Shown piece by piece: positions 1 through 18,899 of a stretch of DNA of 64,000 nt. How positions within the stretch are numbered: position 1 is the first letter of the stretch; the number at the start of each line of letters is the position of its first letter. The stretch spans positions 19,406,001-19,470,000 of the forward strand of contig OZ231126.1 of NCBI GenBank assembly GCA_965153355.1. Direction: 5' to 3'. The notes under the pieces were generated by a model, which was given only the letters and a program-made list of their open reading frames with translations, had not been told where the DNA came from and did no database searches. The translations under genes were made by a program, and so were the position numbers. Source of the stretch: Flaccisagitta enflata (taxonomy: Eukaryota).

Positions 1-411
1 TGGAGCCAGAAAATGGCGAGGACTTTGAAAAGACAGGGACACGGCTTGAAAATGGTCTAGACGTTTGAGAGACAGGGACAGAGACACAGGAAGGGCTTCA
101 AAATTGCTTATGAGACAGTTGACAGACACAAAAGCAGACACAGACACAGAGTCAGAATCAGAGACATAGATAGAGAAAGAGACAGAGAAGGAGAAAGCGA
201 AAGAGAAAGAGAAAGAGAAAGAGAAAGAGAAAGAGAAAGACAAAAAGAAAAAGAAAAAGACAAAAAGAAAAAGAAAAAGACAGAGTCAGAGACATAGAAA
301 GAGCAAGAGCCTCAAAACGGTTTAGACGTTTAAGAGACAATCGACAAAGACAAAGACAGAGACAGCTTGAAAAGGTTTGGACTTTGAATAGACAGAGAAT
401 TGATTTGAAAA

Positions 412-603
412 AAAGTCGAAGAGACGAAGTCCCTTCGGTCTTTTTGAGTCCTGCAGAGAAAGACGGATTTCCCTTTGTTTTATGAGGCGTTTGAGCAAGT
501 TGGTGCATTTTGGGGGCAGAACGAGACTACGCATGAAATTGATAGCTAAGAAAGAGCTAATTCTCCTCTTTCAGATGAAGCAGAATTCTGTGCAATCAAT
601 AGC
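412..603 (+). repeat. Interspersed ~190-bp repeat; second copy inverted at about 47936-48126
   Basis: AAAAGTCGAAGAGACGAAGTCCCTTCGGTCTTTTTGAGTCCTGCAGAGAAA matches the reverse complement at 47936-48126. Confidence 0.85.
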
Positions 604-604
604 C

Positions 605-1385
605 TAGAAAATAACCTCCTGGGCCTCAAAATAGGCCTTTCAGACCCCCAATCAGGCCTATCAGATCCAAAATCAGAGCTTCCAGACCCCAATCTAGGGT
701 TCTCAGGACCTCAATCTGGCCTATTAGATCCCAAATCAGGCCTACCAGACCTCAATTTAGGCCTCTCAGAGCCTCAATCAGGCCTGTCAGACCCCAAGTC
801 AGGCTTTCCAGACCTCAAATTAGGCCTCCTGAATCCTAACCAGGCCTCTAAGAACCCCAATCAGGCCTTTCAGATCTAAAATCAGGCCTTGACAGACCCC
901 TTATCAGGCCTTTTGAGCCTCTGATCAGGCCATTCAGACCTCAAATCAGGCCTCTCAGACCCTAATTCAGGCATTTCAGTACTTAATTCAGTTCTCTCAG
1001 ATCCAAATCTGGCCTTTCAAACCCAAAATCAGATCTTTGAGACCTCAAACTAGGCCTATCAGACCCACATCAGCCCTTCCCAGCTTACAAACAGGCCTCC
1101 AACCCTGAATTAGACCCAAGATCAGGCCTCTAAGCTCCAAAACAAGCTTCTGACACCTCTCAAACCTCAAATCAGGCATCTTAGACCTTAAATCAGGCAA
1201 CTAAGACCTCAAATCAGGCTATTTAGACCCAAAATTAGGTATTAAAGACCCAGCAATTGTCCAGCATGGAATCATAGGTCATTGGCCCCCCCCGGGGCCG
1301 CTGCCCCACTCATCATCTAATAACAAAATAAACTAACATAGGGGCATCGGGTACCGCTGACCATGTTACGCTTTTGCGACTATTT
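605..1385 (+). mobile_element. 5'-truncated GGGCAGCGG-family HINE-like element with degenerate 21-bp repeats
   Basis: (TCAGACCYCAAATCAGGCCTY)n, then GGGGCCGCTGCCC...GGGCATCGGGTACCGCTGACCATGTTACGCTTTTGCGACTATT; same 3' end as the 60184-60546 element. Confidence 0.75.
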
Positions 1386-3259
1386 TCTCTCTCACTCTCT
1401 TTTTCTCTCTCATTTTCTCCAGCAGCATTTACGATTTTTTTCCTACGGCGATCAGCCGCCCTTATTGGTAAGAAAGATGGAGGAGAATTACGTCACCTTA
1501 TATGCAGCTGTCTATGATCAGAATTCCGTGATCGACTTTCTGTTTCCTCCCTTGGTTGGAACTAAAGAGAGGAGCACAGGAAGGATATGTGATAAGTTTA
1601 TAGAATCGCCCATTCTTTCCCATCCCTTTTTTACCTAGTTGCTGAGAAAAGAGGAAAACAGGAAGCGATGAAACATCTCTAGGTACCAGGCCTCTTGATT
1701 TTGGAGCAGCGAGCAGCGCCGCTTCTCGGCAGAGAAAGGGAGATGTCGGCAGGTCTCAAAGATGGAGAAAGAAGAAGAAGGAGAAGAAGAAGAAGAAGAA
1801 GAAGAAGAAGAAGAAGAAGAAGAAGAAGAAGAAGAAGAAGAAGAAGAAGAAGAAGAAGAAAGAAAAAGAAAAAGAAAAAGAAAGAAAAAGAAAGAAAAAG
1901 AAAAAGGAGAAGATCGAAACGGAGAGGATGGTTATTGCAGTCAGCATTGATATCATTTGCATATAGTAGTTTTATGATGACTGCCCTTTTGTAACTTAGT
2001 TTAGTTGGAAGACGGTGAGTTTGTACCAAAAATATGGTGGAAGCTTAATTCTTCATGTTTCGAACTAAAAAAGGAAAATCTTGATTGTAAGTAAAACTAA
2101 TAAACATCGTCATGTGTTTCATGTAGCCACCCACTGAAAAAGTGGATAGCGTTGATAGAAATATTGAAAAAAAACCACAAAATGTGGAATGTTTAAAATC
2201 GCCCAACCAGTCATCGGAAGTCGTATTTACTAGTGGATTGGCAGGGGTTTGTGGGCTGTTGCTACGTGCCAAGCCCTAGCTAACTAGCTCGCTGTAGTGG
2301 CGGAGTATGGATTGAGGAATAGAAAAGGGCAGCCCCCTTCATCTTTCACTGACCCCCACTCTCAAGTTAAGTCGGCAGCGTTCAGGGAGGAATTTTTGCT
2401 TGTCGGCAGAAAAGAACAATCAAGAGGCCTGGTAGCTACAGATGCACCCTGCAAACTGTTTGATTTTGACTTTTGAACTCTAGCTATGAGAGGATGTATA
2501 CATCGACCTTTACCATACCAATGTCATGACATAAACGCCACAACAGTACTAAATAGACTCCGCAGTGAAATGGTCCAAGAAAACCGTTTTCTTAATTGCG
2601 TGGCAGAGTGAATGATGTAAAAAATACCGTTTGTGACGACACCATTTTCGGAGCTGACATTACGCTTGAGTAGAACAAGAGAGACTTCAAGTGGCTAATT
2701 TTGAGAGTTACTCACTCGCAAAACAAAAGAGAAGCTCATGCATCGAGTGAGAGCACGGTGCCCAAATCCTGATGATACGAAAGAGATACCTTCAAAACAA
2801 AAAAAATTTGAATTTGTCATATAATTGAAAGCTTGCAAAATTTTTGTCCTTTATAAAGTGGAAAGTTCTGCCCTCCTTTTGTAAAGGCAATGTTGTTTCA
2901 ACTTTCATACTGTTCCACCCCGCTATAACAAATCCAAGAGTAATGGAAATCTGCCTTTGACAGATATAAAATTGTATTTCCTTTATATAATTTGTTTGTA
3001 CTTTTTTATCAACAAAAAAAAGAAATCTGCTTATGATAGACAAAATCAGTTTGTCCCTTGACATCCATTATTACGGGTTTAACTGTGTATTGACCTATAT
3101 ACGTGGTTGACAGACCACTGCAAAATATAGCAAATCCTGATAATCTATGTGGAGATTGATGTACCCATAGGCTTCCCTAACTACTGTAGCTTATAGAAAA
3201 AAATTGTTTGAATAAGTTGCATAATGCCGGCATTGGCATCCATTTTCGAATACCGGCGG

Positions 3260-4258
<999 letters not shown>

Positions 4259-4625
4259 ATCTTACCTTTACAATTAAATACATCATTACATAATAACCTA
4301 ATGACATAGCTTCATGATTGAATCATTGATGATTTGATAATAACATAATTACATAATTTCATAAATGACCTTAAAAAACCTGCTTAACATGCTATCATTC
4401 AACAACATTTTGGACGGACCAATCGATAGACCAATCAATGGACCAACGAACCGACTGACCAACCAACCAACCAACGAATATCGTTGCGCAAACTGCACGG
4501 GACTAGAAGCAATTGAAAAATGAATAACATTTCGTACGTCGGGATACGTCAATTGTGATCTGGAAAGTTACAATTAAGGTGCTATGACAGCAACCAGTTG
4601 TTATGTTGATAGCAAAAACAAGTCA

Positions 4626-7439
4626 TTGTGTTCCACGATAGTGGAACACTATATATTCAGAGTTTCTCCGTTCGTCCGTTCGTCCGTTTGTCTGTCCGTG
4701 TGTCACACAACCCAGTTTTCTCCATAGAATGTCACATAGCCAAGTATTCTCCAAATGTGTGTCACACAAGTTAGTTTTCTCCATAGTGTGTCACACAGCC
4801 TAGTTTTCTCCAAATATGTGTCACATAGCCCAGTTTTCTCCGTTGTGTGTCACACAGTCCAGTTTTCTCCGAATGTGTGTCACATAGCCCAGTTTTCTCC
4901 ATTATGTGTCACACAACCCAGTTTTCTCCATAGGGTGTCACATAGCCCAGTATTCTCCGAATGTGTGTCACACAGCCTAGTTTTCTCCATAGTGTGTCAC
5001 ACAACCCAGTTTTCTCCGAATGTGTGTCACACAGCCCAGTTTTCTCCAAATATGTGTCACACAGCCCAGTATTCTCCAAATGTGTGTCACACAGCCTAGT
5101 TTTCTCCATAGTGTGTCACACAGCCTAGTTTTCTCCGTATGTGTGTCACACAGCCTAGTTTTCTCCATATTGTGTCATACAACCCAGTTTTCTCCAAATG
5201 TGTGTCACGCAACCCAGTTTTCTCCACTGTGTGTCACACAACCCAGTTTCCTCCGAATGTGTGTCATAAAGTCCAGTTTTCTCCGAATGTGTGTCACACA
5301 GTCCAGTTTTCTCTGAATGTGTGTCACATAGCCCAGTTTTCTCCATTGTGTCACACAACCCAGTTTTCTCCGAATGTGTGTCACACAGTCCAGGTTTTCC
5401 AAATGTGTGTCACACAGCCCAGTTTTCTCCATTGTGTGTCACACAACCCAGTTTCCTCCAAATGTGTGTCACACAGTCCAGTTTTCTCCAAATGTGTGTC
5501 ACAAAGTTCAATTTTCTCCGAATGTGTGTCACACAGCCCAGTTTTCTCCAAATGTGTGTCACACAGCCCAGTTTTCTCCATCCTGTGTCACACAACCCAG
5601 TTTTCTCCGAATGTGTGTCACATAGTCCAGTTTTCTCCAAATGTGTGTCACACAGCCCAGTCACTCCATTGTGTGTCACACAACCCAGTTTTCTCCAAAT
5701 GTGTGTCACACAACCCAGTTTTCTCCAAGTGTGTGTCACACAGTCCAGTTTTCTCCAAATGTGTGTCACACAGCCCAGTTTTCTCCATTGTGTGTCACAC
5801 AACCCAGTTTTCTCCGAATGTGTGTCACACAGTCCAGTTTTCTCCAAATGTGTGTCACACAGTCCAGTTTTCTCCAAATGTGTGTCACACAGCCTAGTTT
5901 TCTTCATTGTGTGTCACACAACCCAGTTTTCTCCGAATGTGTGTCACACAGTCCAGGTTTCTCCAAATGTGTGTCACACAGCCCAGTTTTCTCCATTGTG
6001 TGTCACACAACCCAGTTTTCTTCGAATGTGTGTCACACAGTCCAGTTTTCTCCAAATGTGTGTCACACAGTCTAGTTTTCTCCAAATGTGTGTCACACAG
6101 CCCATTTATCTCCATTGTGTGTCACACAACCCAGTTTTCTCCAAATGTGTGTCACACAACCCAGTTTTCTCCGAATGCGGTTACACAGTCCAGTTTACTC
6201 CAAATGTGTATCACACAGCCCAGTTTTCTCCATTGTGTGTCACATAACCCAGTTTTCTCCGAATGTGTGTCACACAATCCAGTTTTCTCAAAATGTGTGT
6301 CATACAGCCTAGCTTTCTCCATTGTGTGTCATACAACCTAGTTTTCTCCGAATGTGTGTCACACAGTCCAGGTTTCTCGAAATGTGTGTCACACAGCCCA
6401 GTTTTTTCCATTGTGTGTCACACCACCCAGTTTTCTTCCAGTATGTGTCACACAGTCCAGTTTTCTCGAAATGCGTGTCACACAGTCCAGTTTTCTCGAA
6501 ATGCGTGTCACACAGTCCAGTTTTCTCCAAATGTGTGTCACACAGCCCAGTTTTCTCCATTGTGTGTCACACAACCCAATTTTATCTGAATGTGTGTCAC
6601 ACAACCCAGTTTTCTCCGAATGTGTGTCACACAGTCCAGTTTTCTCCAAATGTGTGTCACACAGCCAAGTTTTCTCCTTTGTTTGTCACACAACCTAGTT
6701 TTCTCTGAATGTGTGTCACACAGTTCAAATTTCTCCAAATGTGTGTCACACAGCCCAGTTTTCTCCATATGTGTCTTACACAGCCTAATTTTCTCTAAAT
6801 GTGTGTCATACAGCCTTGTTTTCTCTGTGTGTAACGCAGCCTAGTTTTCTCCATTGTGTGTCACACAACCCAGTTTTCTCAGAATGTGTGTCACACAGCC
6901 AAGTTTTCTCTAAATGTGTGTCACCGCCTATTTTTCTCCAAATGTGTGTCACAAAGCTCAGTTTTCTCAATTGTGTGTCACTCAACCCAGTTTTCACCCT
7001 TTGAGTGTCACACAGCCAAGTTTTCTCCAAATGTGTGTCACAGTCTCACAGAGCCCAGTTTTCTCCAAATGTGTGCCACTCAGCCCAGTTTTCTGTAAAT
7101 GTGTGTCACACACCCCAGTTTATGAGCCCCGGGGTTATAAGCCCTGCGGTCATGAGCCCTATATTATAAGCCCCATGGTTAGGAATCCTGTGGTCATAAA
7201 CCCCGTGGTTATACGCCCCGCGGTTGTAAGCCTCGTGGTTTCAAGCCCTGCGGTTATAAGCTTCACAGTTATAAGCCCCGCAGTTATGAAGACAGGCAGT
7301 TGGGCCGCCTACAGGCGGCCAATATGTATAACACAGATTTCTATGAACATTAGTATTGGATGACTTCTTAAAATTATTGTATTATTATTCATGCTCAATC
7401 AAGTTATCGTGGAACACATTATGGCGAACGCCACTTGTT
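4626..7439 (+). mobile_element. Helentron-associated (HINE/DINE-1-like) non-autonomous element carrying a 2.4-kb satellite
   Basis: SubTIR TGTGTTCCACGATA (4627-4640) and its inverse TATCGTGGAACACA (7405-7418). 5' hairpin GTGTTCCAC-GATA-GTGGAACAC. (GTCY)n-like microsatellite at about 4668-4698. 3' hairpin TGGCG-AA-CGCCA then CTTGTT. Confidence 0.85.
4698..7120. repeat. Tandem array of 29/30-bp units (TGTGTGTCACACAGCCCAGTTTTCTCCAAA), about 80 copies
   Basis: Direct periodicity. Each unit holds the palindrome TGTGTG-T-CACACA. Followed by 15-bp TATAAGCCCYGCGGT repeats at about 7120-7290. Confidence 0.97.
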
Positions 7440-8365
7440 GAACTTCAAATGAAGGCCTTCACTTGGTTTGTCCACTGAATCACGAGCAGATCTGGAGAAA
7501 AGGCGTGATAAGGCCCAATCTAAAGACACTGAATCATTGGAAGGCGAATGTCACAAATTCTTTTCGGCACTGCAGGAAAACCAGTCAATTGGACCGCTAC
7601 ACAAACGCGACATATGGGTATCTTGATAGATAGTGTTCTTGGGCAGAATTAACGTAAGATAGCTAGAATAACTTATCTCCTAATGTATTTTCTATCAAAT
7701 GATATGTAAAAGAGGAAATACTTCATCTACATCGGAGGAGACAAATGAGCAACAACGCTAAGCGGCGCAATCAACCAGTAAGAATGCGAAACAAAATCAT
7801 CGAGCAAACCTAAGCCCCGCCCCTTTTTCGATCTAGCAGACGTCGATTGCCTGGCTTTGGATAGAAAGTCGTATTTTTTTTTTTTTTTTTTTTTTTTTTT
7901 GAATAAGAAGAAAGTTTGTCTACAAGGGCAGAAACCGTAATGACTAGAAGTCGAAAGCTCAGTCATTATTCCTAATATGAAAGCGTCACTCGCGTAATTC
8001 AAGTCCCGAAATGCTACGTGAAGCTTGCAAGCGCAAGCAGCTACATCAAAAGGTAAATTTGCGATTAGGGAGGGCTTAATGGTAACTGTTGGGTTAGGAG
8101 TGTGGGGGTCAGGGGTTGGCTAGGGTTGTGGTCAGGGGTTTAGTGAAGGTTTAGTGTAGGGGTGAGGGCGCGAGAGTACTCAAAGTGCGCAGCCAATGAA
8201 GAAATGGACGATAAGCGGAAGGTAGCCTCATCCCCCAGACTATTGATGTACTTTTACACATTCTTCTGTCTCACAGATCTTCAACTTGCATTTCATCCTC
8301 CGCTTTTCTCGATCACCAATGAGTTCATGAAAAGGAACCAACACCAAGTGTCGTGCAAGGGTAAG

Positions 8366-8475
<110 letters not shown>

Positions 8476-8685
8476 GCCTTCGGCCTTCAATGGTCTATTT
8501 TTCCTGCTTCCCCCGCCAAACCGTCCGCGACTGGATTGCCGTGTATCCGGCCTTGTTCTGTTGGGGTTTCCAGGGGTCACGCCGCTAAACTGAGATGTGC
8601 CAGTGAATCTGTCCTTTGAACAGGCATTTAGTGTCTCCAATCTTGCGGGCAGATCTGCATGTCTAATCCCAAAGTGCTATTAAAA

Positions 8686-9574
8686 TTGGGTGCTTCACAT
8701 GGCAGAAGTTAGAAGTCTCTTCTCATAGGTTTTTTACATTTTTTATAGGAACATAGTTTATAAGAACATCAAGGTTTTGAATGACGTCAAAATTTTAAGA
8801 ACATATAAAGGCTTCAAATTACGAAAAAAAATTTGTCTACTGCAATACTTAAAAAGTATTAAAAAAAATATTAGACTTCATGATTTAGCCTGATAATGAC
8901 AATATTGCACTATTTTGATAAAAATACTTCAAAAATATCCTTAAATGATATAGTTTAGCTTTCTTCAATTGGTATTAGTAAAAATACAATATGTATTATT
9001 TAAAGAATAATGATTTATAGGGTTGCTTATGTTTATATAGTTCATAAGATTAAAAATGCTTCAAGAACAATAAAGGCTTAGTTTAGCCTCAAAACTAAGA
9101 TTTTGAAAAAAAGTTCCACTTTTGTTAAAAAAAATATACACTTTATTCTTTTTATAAGAACATCAATTTTTTCCAAGCTTTCAAAAGAGATAGAGATAGC
9201 TACTAATGAAATAACTACAATGTTCTTAATTTTGGAACAATTTTACGCCTTGATGTTCTTATAAACTGGGTTGTTTTAGGAAAAAAAAATGCAAAAGTGC
9301 AAAAAATCTAAAATAAAAATATAAGTTTTTCAATTTCTTTTTTCTTTTTTATTGATTTAAGCCTCAAAATTTTCAAAATCTGTTATAGTTTTAATAATAA
9401 GACAATTTTATATTTCTTAAGATTTTACATAAAAATCGATAAAAACAGTAAAATATCAACTATCAAACAGTTTACTTAAAAATCAATATTTGGAAAACTG
9501 AAAAAAAAAATTAGCGCCATTAGGTATATAAAGGATGAAAGGAGATTTTAACTCTTGCTATGTGAAGCACCAAA
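8686..9574. mobile_element. Older MITE with the same TIR family as 62957-63471, with a second inverted-repeat element nested at about 8740-9290
   Basis: TTGGGTGCTTCACATGGCAGAAGTT ... AACTCTTGCTATGTGAAGCACC. Inner GTTTATAAGAACATCAAGG and CCTTGATGTTCTTATAAAC. TSD not preserved. Confidence 0.65.
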
Positions 9575-11611
9575 CCATCACAGTTTTATTCATTGTTTTT
9601 CTATCTATGTCCCTCTTTTAGGTCGTTGATCTTGAATGAACGTCATTGCGCTAACCCTTTCCGAAACGGGCAGTTTAGCATCAACCGCAGTGTGGGAGTA
9701 CCAAAAGGTGAGCTATACCAGTTATGAATGCAACAGATCGAGATGTCCCCGTAAAACATTTTGGCAACTTTAGGTAGAAATTTGAGTGGACCGGGGCAAT
9801 GTGTGCGTGGGCAGTGCTATTATGTGGGCCAAATGCGGCAAGCCAGGGGCCTTTACGCTCCTAAATCATTTCAGCCAGTTTCACGTAATCAAAAACCGTT
9901 CTTCCTACGGACGGACACAACCTATACAGTGTATCACTAAGCAAAGGAAAGGCTTTACAGTCACTCAGTCCCTACACGCTGTATTTTTTATAAGAACAGT
10001 TTTTTGAAGTGAGGCTCAGCGTTCTTGAAGTGAGGCTCAAACGTTTTTAACCTGTTCTTATTCAGATGCGAGTTCGCATTTTAAGAAACTTTACTTTTCT
10101 TTTCTTTCAGAGGGACATTGGCGGAAGATGTTTGAAATCAAAGTTATCGTTGGGTGACTGAATTCTTTCTGCTGACACCGCCGCCCAAGCCCATCCCGTT
10201 TTGTGGACTGGAACTGAGAAGCTGAATAATTTAAATACATTTCATCAACAATGTTCTAGTATTTTTGAATTTTGAGTCGCAGACATGCTTCTCTGAAACT
10301 TGCAATGTTGGTTGGTCTGTCAGTCCTTCGGCCCATCGGTAACTTTGTTACTTTTCTGCCCCTGCCCAGTGCCCACTCGTCCATGACTGGGGGGTGGGGA
10401 AGTGTAAACGACCTTGTCAGTTGTGTATTTGGTCATGAAGTATGTAGTTACGCAACTTTGTGTGTAAAGGAAAGACGTGTGGACACGAAGCACACTGGCG
10501 CTGCCCTGTTGGCTTTGCTAGATCTCTAGTTACATGAACACCCCCCTCTGGATAGCCCCCCGAAGAAAAACCAAAAAAACGTTTCTGGGGACCTTAAGAA
10601 TTATCATCTAGGATATCTTGGCTATTTAGAAGAACATCAGACTAAATCATTTGAAAGCAAAATTTTGAAAAAAAAATATTTTTTTTGCAAAAATCAAGCA
10701 TTTTTTAGCATATATGGCACTTTTTCCGTTCTTTTTTAGCTTTCTAAACTTAAGAAAATACCCAAAAAGTGTAGGGGTACTTGATATACAACTGCTTTTA
10801 CCATTTCAAGCTAGTTTTGGTTATTATTTTGAAGATTAGAGCAAAAAAATAGCAAAAAAAACCAGCAGATTAAACCTTTTTTTAACATTTTTTCTGCCTG
10901 AAATTGTTCTAGCTACTTCAAAAACCCTCTAAACTACAAAAACTACAAAAACTACAAAAAGTGTGTGGGAACAGTTGAAGTACATATAGTTTCATTAGTT
11001 TTAGCAAGTTTGATGAAATGTCTATCACTTAAAAGTTTGAAAAATGACTTAAAGAGTAAATTTAGGGTTTTTTTAGTAATTTAAGGCTTTTGAGTCTTAA
11101 ATACCCTCAAACTATTTTATAGAGGTATGAATGTATACATTATTGGAAAAAAGTCGAATTACGTAATTTGACTTTTTTAAACGTAGGGGGGAAATAAAGT
11201 TTTCCATTTTTGGTTTAGGGCAATTTTAGGAAGTTGGGCCATTTTGGGGCTGGGATGATCCTTTTTTTTATATTCACAGCTAAGAAAGAGCTTATTTTTC
11301 TCTTTCAAATGGCAACAACCAGAAGTCTCTACGATCATTAGTTTTGGCGCTATGAATTTTTGAATCTTTTTGTATTTTTCGCATTTTCGCCAAAATTGAT
11401 ATTTTTCATTGATCCTATTTTTCAGCCCTATGTAACTTTAAAAAAAGAGTCAAGATGTTATACAAATTGACCCTAACTTTTATGACGCTAACTTTTACAT
11501 TTTACTTTGCATTTGAGAGAGGAAGAGAGAGATAGAGAGAAAGAGAATAAAAAGGGAAAGAGAAAAAGAAAGACAGAGAGAGACCCCCCCCACACACACA
11601 CACACATCCAC

Positions 11612-11713
<102 letters not shown>

Positions 11714-12059
11714 ATACACACACACACATGCACACTCAAAGACAAAGGAAAACCAAAAAAGAGACACATAGACAGATTGAATGACAAAAACAGGCAAATA
11801 GTCAACCAGACATCATAAGATGCACACAGAGGAACATGCAATTAAAAAAAAAGACTCCCATTTATGACTTTTTTCCAGTCAGCGAGAGCCACCTTTATTG
11901 GTATATAAGGATCTAAGGATAGTTGTGAGGGGTGCGCATGAAACACCAGTAAGAGCTCCCAAGGCTCTTGTCCTTATTCTTATGGTATGTTTTGATGTAA
12001 TGTTGTCCAAGTCATATATGTTTTTACATATAATTTACAAAGATACATTGAGTTGCGTG

Positions 12060-15879
<3,820 letters not shown>

Positions 15880-17305
15880 GTTGCGTGTCTACGATTAAAA
15901 CTACAAAATAGTAAAATACATACAAGAATATATGTAATGTTAAGATATTTATGAAAATACACATATTATATATCTTTATCTAAATAAAATAATTAAGAAG
16001 TAATTGGACTATGATGAGGCTTGAAAATACCAAAAAATGCATAAATCTACTGTTTTTAAGTTATTTTATAAACTTTTCATCAACCTTGCTAAAAATAATA
16101 TTAATAAAACCATACGTAGTTCAACTGTTCCTACACACTTTTTATAGTTAAGGGTTTTTTGAAGTAGCTAGGACAATTTCAGGCAGAAAAAATGTTATGA
16201 AAAAGCTTTATTTACTGTTTTTTGGCTATTTTTTTGCTTTAATCATTAAAATATTAAACAAAACTGAAAACTAGCTTGAAATAGTAAAATCATTTGTACT
16301 TCAGGTATCCCTACACTTTTCAGGTATTTTAGGAAGCTATATTAAAAAAAAAAGCAAAATATACTAAAAAAATACTTGATCTTTGAGAAAAAGAAAACTT
16401 TTTTCAAAATTTTGCTTTCAAATGATTTAGTCTGATGTTCTTTTGGGAAGCCAAGACATCCTAGATGATAGTTCTTGGGGCCGCTAGAAATGTTTTTTTG
16501 GTTTTTCTTTTATGTGTAAAAATGAATGCCGCTGGGACAGCCTAAAAGAGGGTATTACCCTGCATATTTCACTGATTTCAGAAAAAGTTAATTTTTTGAA
16601 TTTTTTTTTCTAACACTTAAGTGGAAAAGCGGAAATAATTTTTAATTGGAGGAAGAACGAGACAACAACTTCCTTCCTCAATTTTTCACAAGTCTTCAAA
16701 GTTTAAACATGTAGTTTTCTTACAATTGAGCATAACTTATTGTTTAGAAGACAAAAACATAGAAAAGAAAAGCGGCGGCTTATGAATTCCGGTATGGGGG
16801 GGCTATCCAGAGGTGGGTGTAAATGTAATTCTGAAAGCGTTTGCGCCTATTGTTGTCAAACAAAAAGTACTGCACAGGTTTTTCATGATGTAACTGCACA
16901 GGGTTTTCCTGCATATACATTTACTGCAATATTCTGCCTTTGATTGATACTGTGATTTCAGTGAAATTCCAATTTTCAACCACAAATTTGTGTTATTTTA
17001 ATAAGGATTATTCACAAGGTTCCTAGTTAGATTCTCAATGGCTTCGTGACATCGGGTCAAACAGGCGACAGCTAGTAAAGGTGGGGACTTCATGTTAGGA
17101 AAACAGCCAAGAGAAAGGTCACAAAGCAGTCTGGCCCATGGTGGTACTGATACCTACCCGCTTATGCTGCTAATTGGCGCTTTTGGACCGTAAATAAGCC
17201 CATTAAAGCCTCCCGAGTACCTTAATCAAATCTGCCCTTTCAGGCCATCATGCTCTTTGAGCCAAGTCCTAGTAACCAGCTAGTTTCAGTTGTGGACATG
17301 TAACT

Positions 17306-17442
17306 CAACAAGGCTGGATACACGGCCATCAGTTGCGGATGGGTGGGCAGGGGCGGATATGCGCGTTTTCCCACTTTTCGACTCGATGGTTACGGACGGA
17401 AGGACAAAGCCTCTTATTGAGTTGCGTGTCCGCAACTAAAAA
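17306..17442 (-). mobile_element. Short HINE-like element (AGTTGCGGACACGCAACT family; another copy ends at about 24423)
   Basis: AACAAGGCTGGATACACGGCC..AGTTGCGGA ... GAGTTGCGTGTCCGCAACTAAAAA. Confidence 0.72.
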
Positions 17443-18899
17443 GAAGCTTTGTCTGTCCGTTAGTCCATCCGTGAGCGCAAGTCAAGTAGTAGGAAAATGA
17501 GCGTATTAAAAGCTTTTTGTGTGTTTGTTTGTGGGAAAGGACGTTGGTTGGCCGCCCCTGCCCACCCGTCTGCAATGACATTGTGACCCCGCGTCGCTTG
17601 TTCTAGTAGTAGGGGGAGGACATTGCATCCTTATCAAGAAAATTGTTAAATGGTTTTTTAATATCATATTCTTAGGTCCGTTGGTTGGTCTGTCTGTCTG
17701 TAACGCATTCGTTCGACGTGCTTTCATGTCGGCATCCCTACTCAAATCCCGGAGGAGGGGGTGGCCTTCCAAGTCGATGTACTTAACTGCCAATAGGCAA
17801 TTAAATGTCGCTTGAATCAGTTTAAACTGTCATTATTACTGTTACAGCGTTTCGACTTCTTCAGATATTCAAAGCTTTAATAGAAGTTTAATGTAAGGTT
17901 TTCTTATTGAACATGCTATATCAGAAAAAAAACAAAGTCTACAATGTATGCATGTCGAAAATTAATGTTTTGGCCGTAGCAGTTGTACAGAAATGCGTAA
18001 TTGATTACTATCTTTCAGCTCCGTGCATCGCACGTCGATCATGTATTCATCCGCGCCCCGGATGTCGCTAAAAGCGTGATTATTATGCAACATTTTTTTG
18101 ACAGGCCATAGCTTTATTTTCGCTGTTTCAAAACTCATGTGAGTTAAGACTTGATTTTTTTTCCTCTATACCCCAAATTTCACCCTCTTTCACGGTATTG
18201 AAACAGAATTTCACTAAACCGCACTGTTTAGGTGCGATAATGAGAGAATTAGAGTGTGACAGGAGCGTGACAGAAAAACTGGGGGGGTGTGCGGAATAAT
18301 CACGCTTGAAAGAAAACATTATTACGCGGGCTTGGAGCGTCAGAAATGTCTGAAATTTGGACCATAAGTCCCCCAAGTAATCCTCTTTTCGACAATACCC
18401 AGAAAAGCGCTTAAGTACAAGCGTAAGTGAGGTTTTAAAAAATATTTGTTGAAACGCCTGTATTTGAGGATGAAATCGCAGAAAAACAGCGGGGAGAGAA
18501 ATCTAACTATGATACCATTTTTAGACAACTTAGCATTTTCCGATCATGATGATTTTTCTTGCACATCTCAACGGATTGACAGTGACTAATTGAAAGCTAT
18601 AAAATGATATGATTAAACTATTTTTGATTGGTTTTATTAGCCTTGTGCTTGTCCGGACAAATTTCGGACAAGCCAAAATGACCCATTTGACCCTATTTTT
18701 CAACCCCCTTAGGGTGGGGATGGTCGCCAAAAATGGTTTGACAAGGTACCTAGAGTAGTTAGGTGTGTCATCAAACCTTTGAAACTTCATATGATGCTGT
18801 AGCTAAAGCAGCAACACTGTTGAAGCGATAGGAAGTCGGGTTCTCGCGTCGAAAAGAGATTGTGACATTCGCCTGGAATCAAAATTCTGCACATTGGGC

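Noticed and set aside
4698-7120. CRISPR-like appearance of ~30-bp palindromic repeats and many overlapping ORFs
   Set aside because: Units are contiguous with no unique spacers, there are no cas genes, the context is eukaryotic, and the ORFs just translate the repeat.
8085-8165. TTAGG(G)-like telomeric motifs
   Set aside because: Few and degenerate; not a telomeric array.
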